Below, in pieces: positions 1-11,094 of a DNA stretch of 64,000 nucleotides. A model generated the notes under the pieces. That model was not told the DNA's origin. It did no database searches and saw only the letters and a list, made by a program, of their open reading frames with translations. The DNA lies in the NCBI GenBank assembly GCA_023213395.1, contig CM041465.1, forward strand, positions 86,125,741 through 86,189,740, given 5' to 3'. Positions within the stretch are counted from its first letter, which is position 1. Every line of letters starts with the position of its first letter. Position numbers and translations under genes: made by a program. Origin of the DNA: Cycas panzhihuaensis. Taxonomy: Eukaryota > Plantae > Cycadophyta.

Positions 1-182
1 ATAATAATGTGTTAATTAGTGTAAGTAATGTAGTTAATGTTAAGATTAAGGGTAATTTGTTTATGAAGTAATATATATAAGAGGGTGCATTTATGCATAA
101 AATATATACACTAATTCATCAATTGATTACCTTTAATCCTAACACTAATTAAATTACTTGCACTAATTACTACATCATTATT
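1..182. repeat. Long imperfect inverted repeat (foldback)
   Basis: 1-56 (ataataatgtgttaattagtgtaagtaatgtagttaatgttaagattaagggtaat) matches the reverse complement of 127-182. Pairing continues inward to about 80/103. Confidence 0.85.
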
Positions 183-760
183 AACTCTTATATTAATGCA
201 CTCTTAAACATAGTTTAACCTTATGAGATGCTACTAAAACTAACCTTATAATATTAACCTACTAGTCTAAACTATCCCTAGGTTGTTAGGACCATAACAT
301 TCCCTTTCTCTTTAAGAGATGATTGCTCTCAACCATTAGAATTTAATGCAACTACCTCTTACTACCGAGATGTCAAAAGTAGATGCATTATATTTGAGTC
401 AATATGTAGAAATTACTATTATACCCTTTAATAGAGGAAAATAATGATGCTTGTACACTTTTCTTCATGAATAGGAATGTACGTCAAAAGGATTTAGTCC
501 CAAAGTATAGTAAAATGATGATACATAAACTTAGTAACTCTAATGTGGGCCCCAAATACATGTTGATGAGTTTCCTATCTAAAAGTTTTAACTCCCTTCT
601 TACTTTAAAGCCTATAGGTTCTGTTTGATAAGGGAAATTTATGGGGTCAATATTTAATCTACATTTGTTTCCTTAGTTTTCATTAGGTTTTATGTACATA
701 TTTGTAAATATTGAGGTAAGAGATACCAGGTTTACTATACATCCTTACACTCAATGAAAT
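1..760 (-). mobile_element. Degraded Ty3/gypsy LTR retrotransposon 3' end (integrase C-terminus relic, PPT 300-311, start of 3' LTR 299 to beyond the window edge)
   Basis: Minus strand reads ...atcatctcttaaagagaaagggaa|TGTtatgg (purine tract then TG). Upstream there are eroded GPY/F-type integrase-tail codons (tatttggggccc near 546-558). Confidence 0.5.
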
Positions 761-769
761 GTGAAAGGT

Positions 770-933
770 TGAGCACTAGAGTGAACTGGTAGGTATTTAC
801 CCTACAATGTTGGAAGTCCCAAGTTCAACCCTCATAAGGGGGGTTATAAGGGAGAACTAGATGAAAGGGCAATAAATCTTAATAAATATAGATTTGATTC
901 TGTTTGCTTGGTACATACCATTAAAAAAAAAAA
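770..933 (+). mobile_element. Degenerate tRNA-derived SINE-like element
   Basis: A-box-like tagagtgaactggt (777-790), B-box-like agttcaaccc (822-831) at tRNA-like spacing, and an A11 tail at 923-933. No clean TSD. Confidence 0.45.
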
Positions 934-1149
934 GTGTGTGAAATAAGCATTGACCTCACAATAGGATATTTTACATTCATAAATATAAATAATTATATCA
1001 AAGATATATTATCATAGTGTGTTAAATTTGGGTCTTTATAATACATGTGTATACACACACATAAATGATGGCTTTTATATCTAAATTTGATTTAATAATT
1101 TACACATAGTAGAATCGTTTTTTTTTAATTTCATCAAACCGAGAGTGTA

Positions 1150-2135
<986 letters not shown>

Positions 2136-2940
2136 CCATTCCTCAAATAAGAGAAGAAGAAAGGTGGATGCTAGTTACTAATCAGATGGAAAAACAAAGG
2201 TAAAAGTCACCTTCTAAGTACCCAATCCTCAGAGTCACACTTTAATGATTCTAGATATGAACTTAAGAAAAGGCTAAAGGTGACTTCACACACCCAAGGT
2301 CAAATTTCTGAAGTTGCTGCTGTGCCTAGCTTTGGACATCCTCGAGAGAACTCGAATGACATGCTTATGGAAGAAGTAGATTCTCTAGAGCATGTTATAG
2401 AAACTCAATGGTTGAAACCTCCTAAGGTAAATACTTATCAAACATAACATCATGTTCCTAACAACAAAGATATCCCACATCATACCCATCTTAAATCTTT
2501 AGCTCGTATCACACTCTCTCAATTAAATAGACAAAAATATTTTTTTGGCAATAGTTTGGAATATTAGGGGTGTTGGTTACCCTTATTTTTATAAATGTTT
2601 GGAGTTAAAACATATAGTTTGACATCATCATCCTCACTTCTTAGTTTTGATATAAACTCATATTATGTCTAATGATGACATAAAGTACACTGTTTGTAGT
2701 ATATAACTATCAGCTCATTGGAAAGTAATTATTTTAAATTGACTAATCAGAGGGCTTAATATTTTATGGAATAATTAGTGGAAGATGCTTTAGCATGTTA
2801 CAAGTTCATTTCAAGACTGGTTATATCTGAAAATTGAGAAGGATCATTTTGCTTGCTAGGTTATTGGAGTCAATGCCTATATTGATGCCCAGGTTAGACA
2901 TGACTCATGGCAAGTTCTAACAAATGCTCTTCATAACTTC

Positions 2941-5900
2941 TATTAGAATTAGGAATGCAACAATTATATCAAACCCTAACGATGAGTAAGAGATAAACAA
3001 TAAAGTACAAAAATATGGAGTATGTACATAATAGATAACATGTTGGAGAATTGGCCAAAACTCTATTATGAACAAAGAAGAGTACATACTTATAGTGCAA
3101 GCTCACCACTAGTGAGAGAACCACATTGGACTACTTAAAGGTGACACACATATCAAGGTGGCCCATAACTCTAATATAAAATATAAGAAATAGAGAGAGT
3201 TTATATAAGGTTAATGTAATTGGGTATTACACCCAATATTCCCCCCTATAATAATCAATTACATAAATGTCGTCACATCAAATGAAAACTTGAGTTTTCA
3301 AAAGCTTGTTGGATCATAAATGTTACTACACAGAATAAAAAACTACTAAAGTCTATATGAAATAGAATCCATCTACTGAAATGCATGGGTTATCAGCTAC
3401 TGCAACCACCAGTTGGGTAGGAACTCCCTTTGCATACGTGGATCACTCAGGAGCTAGTAAGAGTAGTTAAATAAGGTCCCACCCCTTGCTCATATGGGAG
3501 TGCAAGTAGAAAAATATATACAAGGCACATGGCAGGCATAATAGCTTCTAAAAGTGTGTCCTACCTCTTGTTCAATAGGACTAGCACTTCTTTGGCATCT
3601 AATGGCTGGAAATACAATGGCACTATGGCCTTAAACATGCTACATGGGCTAAAAGACGCCTCTTTAGGCTAACAACTTGCCACCATGGGCAAAAATAACC
3701 AGCATTAGAAGTTTTTACATGACTGAAAAATGATATGTAATGTGTGTAGCATATATGACTCTCTTTTATAAATGAAGTACAAGATGATCCCAATGGATTC
3801 TTTAAGAGCCAAAAAAATAAGACCATAGTATATGTCATCCCTCCCATTTGGGGCACATTACAACAGGAAGCCTTGAAAATGCAATATGTGCCTGTAGAAG
3901 CTGAGAAAAGAATGCAGACAAGTAGGAACTTATGACTTTGCATGAAAAAATCTCCATGAAAACAACTCCAAAATATGTCAAATGACATGCTAATAGAAAG
4001 CTCTCTCTATTACGAATCCAACACAATAGACAGGAGTAAAAACGAAGCCATGTAGCTCAAGATATCTGTAAAACTATGATAAGTACTCCATATGAAAACT
4101 GAAATTAAGGGTTAGCCCCTTTCACCGACTGGCTGCTGGTCATATAAGCTCACCATGTGACCGAGGGCTAAAGTACAAGGGGGTTAGGTGAACTTAAAAC
4201 TAATATCTAATTTAATTAAATTTAGTTTTAAAATTGTAAAAAAAAAAACTCCTTTTGGATAACAACTCGCGTCCGCCAATAATAAAATACTATTCAACAA
4301 AAAATAATATTAAGAATATATCCCTAAAATATTAGGGTTTATCTGCCAAAATAGATTTTGTCAAGCCATCATTGAAGCTCTAAATCACCATAGCATGTAA
4401 GCACCACTGTGAATTTGTAATGCAGGTCACCATGGACATGCAAGGTCGAGTAGAGATGAGGACGCCATTTTTTGTTATTATCTTCCCCCAAGATTTGAGT
4501 AGCCATCACCACCACACTGAATGCTTTGGCAAAGGAGAAAATGATGCCTTTCGAACTGTTGACAAATCAAAGGAGCCCAAAATCTGAAGCCAAGGAGACA
4601 TCCTCTAAACCCAATAAGGAATACCAATGAATCGAGGAGAATAAACCCTTATCTCAATAACTGGTAATGCACTGAGCTATGATTCGATAATTGGGAAAAA
4701 GTAGGGTAAAAGACATGAACCAACCTCAGAACCAGAGGTCTAAAGGTGCTTGAGAAAGAACAGAAGAATGATCAAGACCTTCTCTTATACAAAAATATGA
4801 AGGTAGATTGAAACAACTCATTTGAGTTGGTTCTTGTACATGACTGTGCTGGTGTCTCCATTACGCTGTTAGAGGAGGCCACTTAAAAAAGTCATTCATA
4901 TTACATGGGTTAGACCAGTTGCTGGATCTTGGGGATTTATCAAGTTTGTGAATGTAAGAGATATAACTAGGATGACTCCTCTTTACATGGTAGCCTGAGT
5001 TTGGGAGACTGTGATTTGTTGGTTGCTTTTGGATAGCAGAGCGTTAGTTTCTACAAACACTTCTACTTTTGGCTATGGACTGAGGCGTGGGAGTATTCCT
5101 TTGTACTATGCAGCTTATGGAGGATCAGGGAAGTTATGCTCGAGTTACTTGCTTGACCATACATAGAGAGATGTAAATACAAAAGGCCATTTCGATCCAG
5201 TCTGCTCCATTGTGATTGAAGCACATTATAAGTTTCTTGATGAGATGTAAAACCTGATAGCTGCAAAAGACTGACAGATGGAACCATGCCTTTTTTTTTT
5301 TAATATATAAAAGCATAGGCCTTAAATGCCATATACAAATTTTATTTTCATAAATAATATATCCTCATAGAAAGTTGTTTGACTGTAAATATTTTTTTTA
5401 AAGATGGAGTCATTTTTGACTTCTAGATAGCCAAAAGATAACCCACTCAACTGTTGTAAGCATCTCCATTACAATCTGCCCACTGGTATGCAAGGAGAGT
5501 GCTTTACAATAACTACATATGCGTACAAAAATCCTCCTTCTTGAAAAGTAGACACACTGATTCTACAAGGTGATTAGGCCTGTATGAATAGATGATCTGC
5601 AGTAGCTTTAAATACCTTTAATAGCTTAAAAAAAAAAAACATGAACAATAAAACTTGTGATATCTCTTAATGGTTTCAAAAATTAGCCCCTTGAGATAAC
5701 AAAACTACCCTAAAAAGTTCAACAGAAAACTCCTTTGGGAAATATGCATCAGTTAGTTATTTATAACCTAAAATGAGCTTACAATGACAAATCATAATAC
5801 ATGCACAAGGGTTCCTCAAATGATTCAAAGATAAGAGATAACATGTATAAAAGATATGAAATCAAGTACCCTCGAGGATTGAACCTTGGGCTCTGATACC

Positions 5901-6065
5901 ATGTGAGAATTAGGAATGAACCTTGGGCTCTAATACCGTGTTATAATTAGGAATGGACTACTTAAAGGTGGCACACATATCAAGGTGGCTCATAACTCTA
6001 ATATAAAATATAAGAAATAGAGAGAGTTTACATAAGGTTAATGTAATTGGGTATTACACCCAACA
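2941..6065 (-). mobile_element. Non-autonomous LTR retrotransposon (TR-GAG/LARD-like; gag relic only, no pol recognised)
   Basis: LTRs at 2941-3238 and 5939-6065 (the right one has an internal deletion). 5-bp TSD ACTTC at 2936-2940 and 6066-6070. PBS TGGTATCAGAGCC (tRNA-iMet) on the minus strand at 5889-5901; PPT at 3239-3247. Confidence 0.9.
5063..5287 (-). pseudogene. Copia-type gag fragment
   Basis: LLQLSGFTSHQETYNVLQSQWSR resembles copia gag N-terminal helices and lies downstream of the PBS in element orientation. Recognised by eye only. Confidence 0.45.
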
Positions 6066-9000
6066 ACTTCCAAACAAAACATAACCATATTCTACTTCTA
6101 GGGGATTTTAACTTTATGGAATATTTAAATGATAAATTAGGTGGCAAATTTAAAAGATATTATAAAAAATATAGTTTAACCTTTATCGATCTTAAAGATC
6201 TTTTCAGTCTCTCCGAACTTCCTTAAAAGGGGCCTCTGAAGTTTACTTAGACCAATAACTGATAGGGAAGTAATTGTATAATGAAAATACTGGATAGAGT
6301 TTATATATCCAATTCGCTCATTCATTCAATTATTTAGTACCATCACATTTCAGTGAATATAGTTGTGTTATCTGATTATATCCTTATCAAAATTCAACTT
6401 TCCTTTGGTGGGAAGAACTATATTCTAATACAAATGCTTTAGAAAGCCCTAACACTCAGTGGACGATGATCATGAAGGGTCTCAAATTTTGCATTAAGAT
6501 GTTTGGCAAAGATTGCAAGCGTAAATTTGAGGAACGAAAGGAATCTTTATTAGCAGCCATTTAGGATTTGTAAAAGGCATTTAAGGAAGGCAAAGATTCG
6601 ACTGATTTCCAATCAAGGCTCGCATATTTAAATGAACAATTTCTACTTATGTAAAAATATGAAGATGATAAATATAAAGCATGGTCAATTATTTAATAGA
6701 AAATCCATATAAATCGTAATTTAAAAATTTTCAATTACTATGCAAAAGCAATGCAACACTAGTGATCTATGAACTGCTTATAGGTTTCCCCTTTATAAAT
6801 CACTTATTCATGTCACAAAATCTAAACTAAGTTTTACAATCATTTCAATAGGCTATAGATCACTCAAGGGTTCTTGCCAACCAGGGCAAAAGCTTTTCAA
6901 ACTGTTATCTGAATGGTAAATCCTATCCTAGAGGAGTGTTATAGAAACCTTAATGATACTCTTAATAGATTGATTACTAAAATTTGAGGTTCACAAAATT
7001 TTGATGAAGCTTCCTAAAGGCAAATCTCTTGGTCTAGATGGAATGTTTATTAAGCTCTTATTGGTCATAGATTCTGATGAGGCACTATAACTCTTAGTAA
7101 AAGTAGGAGAAGAGGTATGTTAGATAGGTAGATTAAACCCAACTATCAACATAACCATGGTTTCTTTGATCCCAAAAGGTGGTACTCCATCCACCATTCA
7201 CTAATAGAGACTCATACGCCTTTGTAACACTTCATATAAGATAATAGCTAAAGTTTTTGCAAATTTGCTCAAAGAGTTCCTTCCTCAAGTTGTTAATGAA
7301 AATCAAATAGCCTTTATAAGAGGCTATTATATAGTAGGCAGTATTATTGTGATAATTGAGGCTCTCCATACTATATATATAAAAAAGCAATAAGTTACTT
7401 TACTTAAATTAGACATTAACGAAGCTTATGACATAGTGGAATGGGACTTTCTCCTTGTCATTCTCTCATGAAAGGGTCTTTAATTAGATCATATTAACTG
7501 GATCAAAGCCATGATTTTTTTGATTTCAATGGCTATAAAAATTAATAGCTCAACTGATGGCCTTATCTATACAAGTAGAGGAATTCACCAAGCTTGTCCC
7601 TTATTATCTTATCTTTTTGTAATCACAACGGAAGGCCTCTTGTATCTTTTTTTATGGCTCTAGTCAATAGGCCTTCTCCAAGGAATTTCTATTGATGGCT
7701 CAGAGTTTATAACGTACTAGATTTTTTATTGATGATACCATTTTATTGGGCCACTATTCTTATGTAGAGATCAATGTCTATGGCCAAGCACTTAGCATCT
7801 TTGGTCTTGTTGTATGGATGAAAATCAATCAAATCAAATATAGTATTATCTTTAATGAAGTGGATATAGAGTTGCAATCCATACTGGTATTAACTCTTAG
7901 TGTTCCTATTACTCCTAAATCCATCATTTTCAAATATTTAGGCATCCCTATGGGCCTCTCAAGATTAAAATTTTTTTATTGGTACCCTTACATTCAAAAA
8001 ATTAAAAAGAGTTTAGATGCTTGGCCTACAAGATCCCTTAATTTAGCAGGTCACCAGAGTTTAATAAAATCAACTCTTTCCCAAATACCAAATTATTTGA
8101 TGTCTATTATTCAAGCTCCTAAAGTTATATTATCAACGATTTGAGGTCTCTTCATTAGATTTCTTTATAAACCAGTCAACTAACTTGAAAATCTTTTACC
8201 CAATGAAATAGAGCATGGTGTTAAATCATAAGGGTCGAGGTGGTCTTATTCTTAAAGATCCCTTTATCTTGGCTAAAGTGAGAGGAGCTAAGCGACTGCA
8301 GGACCTATAGAATAGAGAGAATGATAAATGAACCCATATTGTTAAGAGGAAGTATTGTTTTGTGTATTATGTTAAACAACAACTAGTTACTACTAATTAC
8401 CTCAATAAAGGATCTCTTATTTGGAATCATATGGTGACAGCTTGGGATAACCTTCATTACAATACAATATTCTCTTCTAGTTCAGTTAGACATCAGGTCA
8501 ATTTTTAGAAAGATAAGTAGTTACCTGATGAGTTCTCCCCTTTAGTTGGTTAATATAATTTCACTTTGTTAGCTCATTTTTTCATCTCTCGTAATTGGCT
8601 TACTATGGCTCAATTCCATGACTTTGATTAGCTCTATTGGAAGGATTTTGTTGAACTCTTGATAGAGCTCAACCATTATCCTAAACCTTTACTTCTACAA
8701 ATGGTAGATAATCTTAATTTTTTTATATGACAAGTTGATCTTCTTATTACCTCTAAGAACTTAGAGAAGCAGGAAGGTCAAAGGTTTGTTTCTAGGGGTC
8801 TTATGTTTAAGTCCACATATTTTTATTACTTGTTACATAGTCAACAATTTCATCATGCTCAACTTCAAGAAGAATGAGGATAGATATGGTAGAAATAAAC
8901 TCAACCTAAACATAATATGCTTCACTAAAGGATTTTGCATAAGGCTTTCATATTCTAAGATATTTGGGAACATTAGAATGTGAGTCACCAATCATACTCT

Positions 9001-10189
9001 GTAGTATGTGGTGCTTATGATGATAACTTTGATCATATTTAGTGGTATAACCCCCTAATCTAAGATATTTGGCATACTCCCTTTTAGATCTTCAGTAGGC
9101 TTCACTAAAATTCATAATGGATATTTATCGCTTCATTCTTAGTTAATCAAAGAAAGTTGGGCTACATCTTATATTTAGCTTGTGACTCGTCAGTACTTGA
9201 TAGACCTTTAGTTTCTTTTCCTTAAAACCACCTTGTATAAAATTTAAAAATTTTGCACCACAACTTATTTTTTAAAAAGTTATTTTGTCTTTCAATTAAA
9301 CTTTTGGGTGTATAAGGAAAGATATTCTGTTATAGTTGTCTCATAATTTATACTTTACTCCTCTTTGTAAAAATATTCTGCTATATTTTGAGTGCTTTGC
9401 ATGTTAAAGATTAGGTTAGCATGCCTTTTTAATTTCTAAACCTTCCAACTTTTTGTATTGTATTAAGTTTATAATTCAATGATATCTTTTACCTTAAAAA
9501 AAAGAAAAAGATTTATATGCATGCATTTATACATACATGTGTTTCCATCCATCCTTGTGATAAAGGTTAATTAATAACATAACATAATATAATATAATAT
9601 AACATAATATAATGATATTCTATATTCTCTTCTCTTATCTTATAATATTACACTATTTTGTATGGTATTACATTATATTATATTAAATTAATTATTATGT
9701 CAATGTAAAATAATACTTTCTTAAAAATTATATATATTTGTCACTTTTAAGAATAGTTAATGATATGAAATGCCACTTTTTCACCACAAATAATATTTAT
9801 ATAATAATGTCTCATGACGATTACTCTCCATAAATTCTCCATAAATTCAACTTTGTATAAGATTTAAAAAAAAAAGATTTGTAATTTTAAATTTTAAATC
9901 ATTATGTAAGCAACTTGCTAGGACCACCTAGAAATAATATCATTAAAGGTACAAACCACTTAGAATCACCCCAAACTGGGTTGTTCACCTACCCCCTCGT
10001 CTACCCCATATTTTACTCTCATTTAAAACCCTTGTTAAAAATTTCAACATACACTTATTACCTAAGGAATCACTTTCTAGTTGTTCGTGTTTATCTTGTC
10101 TTCTTGTGAACGTCTTGAACACGCATTGGCGTTTAGACGCAAACGTGCGGAACACGCATTGGAATTTAACCATAGTAAAGACGCCTAAT

Positions 10190-10295
10190 AACACCAGGGC
10201 GGGGTTAGGGTTACGCGAGAACACCAGGTTTCGGGGTTAGGTAAAGAGTACGAGGCCCGAGGATGTAGCGGACCCCAGCGTGGCTCCTTATATCT
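10190..10295 (+). promoter_or_regulatory. Putative Pol II promoter of the MIR482 locus (telo-box-like GGGTTAGG repeats; TATA-like CCTTATAT 10286-10293)
   Basis: CpG-retaining island in AT-rich DNA. Two ~30-nt units aacaccagg..cggggttagg at 10189-10248; TATA-like box about 70-100 nt upstream of the hairpin. Confidence 0.55.
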
Positions 10296-10354
10296 GTGTA
10301 ATATTGGAGAGTTGTGGTGAGCGCTTGCCGAAGAAGTATTATCTGTAGGTTGCT

Positions 10355-10475
10355 GAGAAGGATGGCATGTGGTCTGTAGTCTTCAGGAGTGGGAGGAACG
10401 GAGAAGACTTCTATGGAGATGGATAGTCTTTCCTACGCCTCCCATTCCTATCGACTTCACTACACATCTGTTTTC
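10355..10475 (+). ncRNA. MIR482: miR482/2118-family precursor hairpin; predicted mature 22-nt miR482-3p 10427-10448 (UCUUUCCUACGCCUCCCAUUCC), star about 10388-10409
   Basis: 10385-10409 pairs with 10425-10449 (4 mismatches, a few G:U) and the lower stem extends (agtc/gact, tgtggt/actaca). The 22-mer starts with U and is the exact reverse complement of GGA ATG GGA GGC GTA GGA AAG A = GMGGVGK(T), the NB-ARC P-loop targeted by miR482/2118. Confidence 0.93.
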
Positions 10476-10515
10476 AATCTACACGCTCGCTCTTCTATTC
10501 CGTCGTATGATTTCA

Positions 10516-10590
10516 TGGCAGAGGGTTTCTGTGAAGGCTAGTCTTGCCTGCACCGCCTAAACCTGTTGCTTTCGCTACACATCCTTTTTC
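10516..10590 (+). ncRNA. MIR482: Second, tandem miR482-like unit (22-mer UCUUGCCUGCACCGCCUAAACC 10542-10563) with an atypical/deleted 5' arm
   Basis: Reverse complement reads GGT TTA GGC GGT GCA GGC AAG A = GLGGAGK(T). The preceding loop-like segment (ttctgtgaaggctagtct) and 3' flank (tttcgctacacatcctttttc) are homologous to those of hairpin 1 at a ~115-nt offset. Confidence 0.7.
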
Positions 10591-10625
10591 TTTCCACATT
10601 CACGATTCTACCTCTCCTGTCGAAC

Positions 10626-10634
10626 AAGGTAGGA
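10626..10634 (+). other. Putative 5' splice donor of pri-MIR482 (AAG|GTAGGA, GT at 10629)
   Basis: Consensus-like donor just 3' of the hairpins, followed by an abrupt switch to T-rich, intron-like sequence. Confidence 0.45.
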
Positions 10635-10991
10635 AGCATACGTCATGTTTAATGGCCTTAATTTTTCTAAATGCCTGAGAAATGTATTCTTTATTTTTGT
10701 TATAAATTTTGTTATCTATGAAAGTATAGGCGGTTCTTTTGATCCGTAGATGGTTTTCTTAGACCATATCTTTTAGATCTGTAGTTGATCTCGTTCTCGG
10801 TTCAATACGAGAGTCTTTTGTTAAACTTTTCTGTTATGTCATCTATGCAGAACGCATGCATAGTTTCTAGATGAGTAGCGTGTTTGTTATTCCGGGTTTT
10901 AACCTTTTCTGTTTTTAGCTATTTCTGTTTCTCAATTCGTGACAGAGGTTTTGTTTTTGGTGAGCCCCTAAGTTTTTGTTTTTTTCCTAAA

Positions 10992-11039
10992 TATTATTAT
11001 TATTATTATTATTATTACTACTACTACTACTATTATTAC
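10992..11039. repeat. (TAT)n/(TAC)n compound microsatellite
   Basis: Direct read. Confidence 0.95.
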
Positions 11040-11094
11040 AGATGCATAAGCTGTAGGCAGCACTTCGGATCTTTTGGAAAATTTCTACTGTTAT

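Larger units (their letters stand above)
2136..9510 (+). mobile_element. Old, degenerate L1-clade LINE (5'-truncated), interrupted by an LTR element at 2941-6065
   Basis: Endonuclease motifs are split across the insertion (GL.ILWN near 2753; LLGDFN near 6092; LDRVY near 6290). RT motifs: KS.GLDG 7022, KLDI..AYD 7406, RGI.Q.CPL 7578, F.DDT near 7725, FKYLGIP in ORF 7746-8144. CCHC relic near 9000 and A-rich tail 9497-9509. The 5' boundary is approximate. Confidence 0.85.

Noticed and set aside
10195-10245. Telomerase RNA template (TAACCCTAACCCC on the minus strand; CCTAAACCT at 10556-10564)
   Set aside because: No convincing USE+TATA Pol III promoter, and the template is not a full CTAAACCCT. 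It is better explained as telo-box-like promoter motifs and the miR482-like 22-mer.
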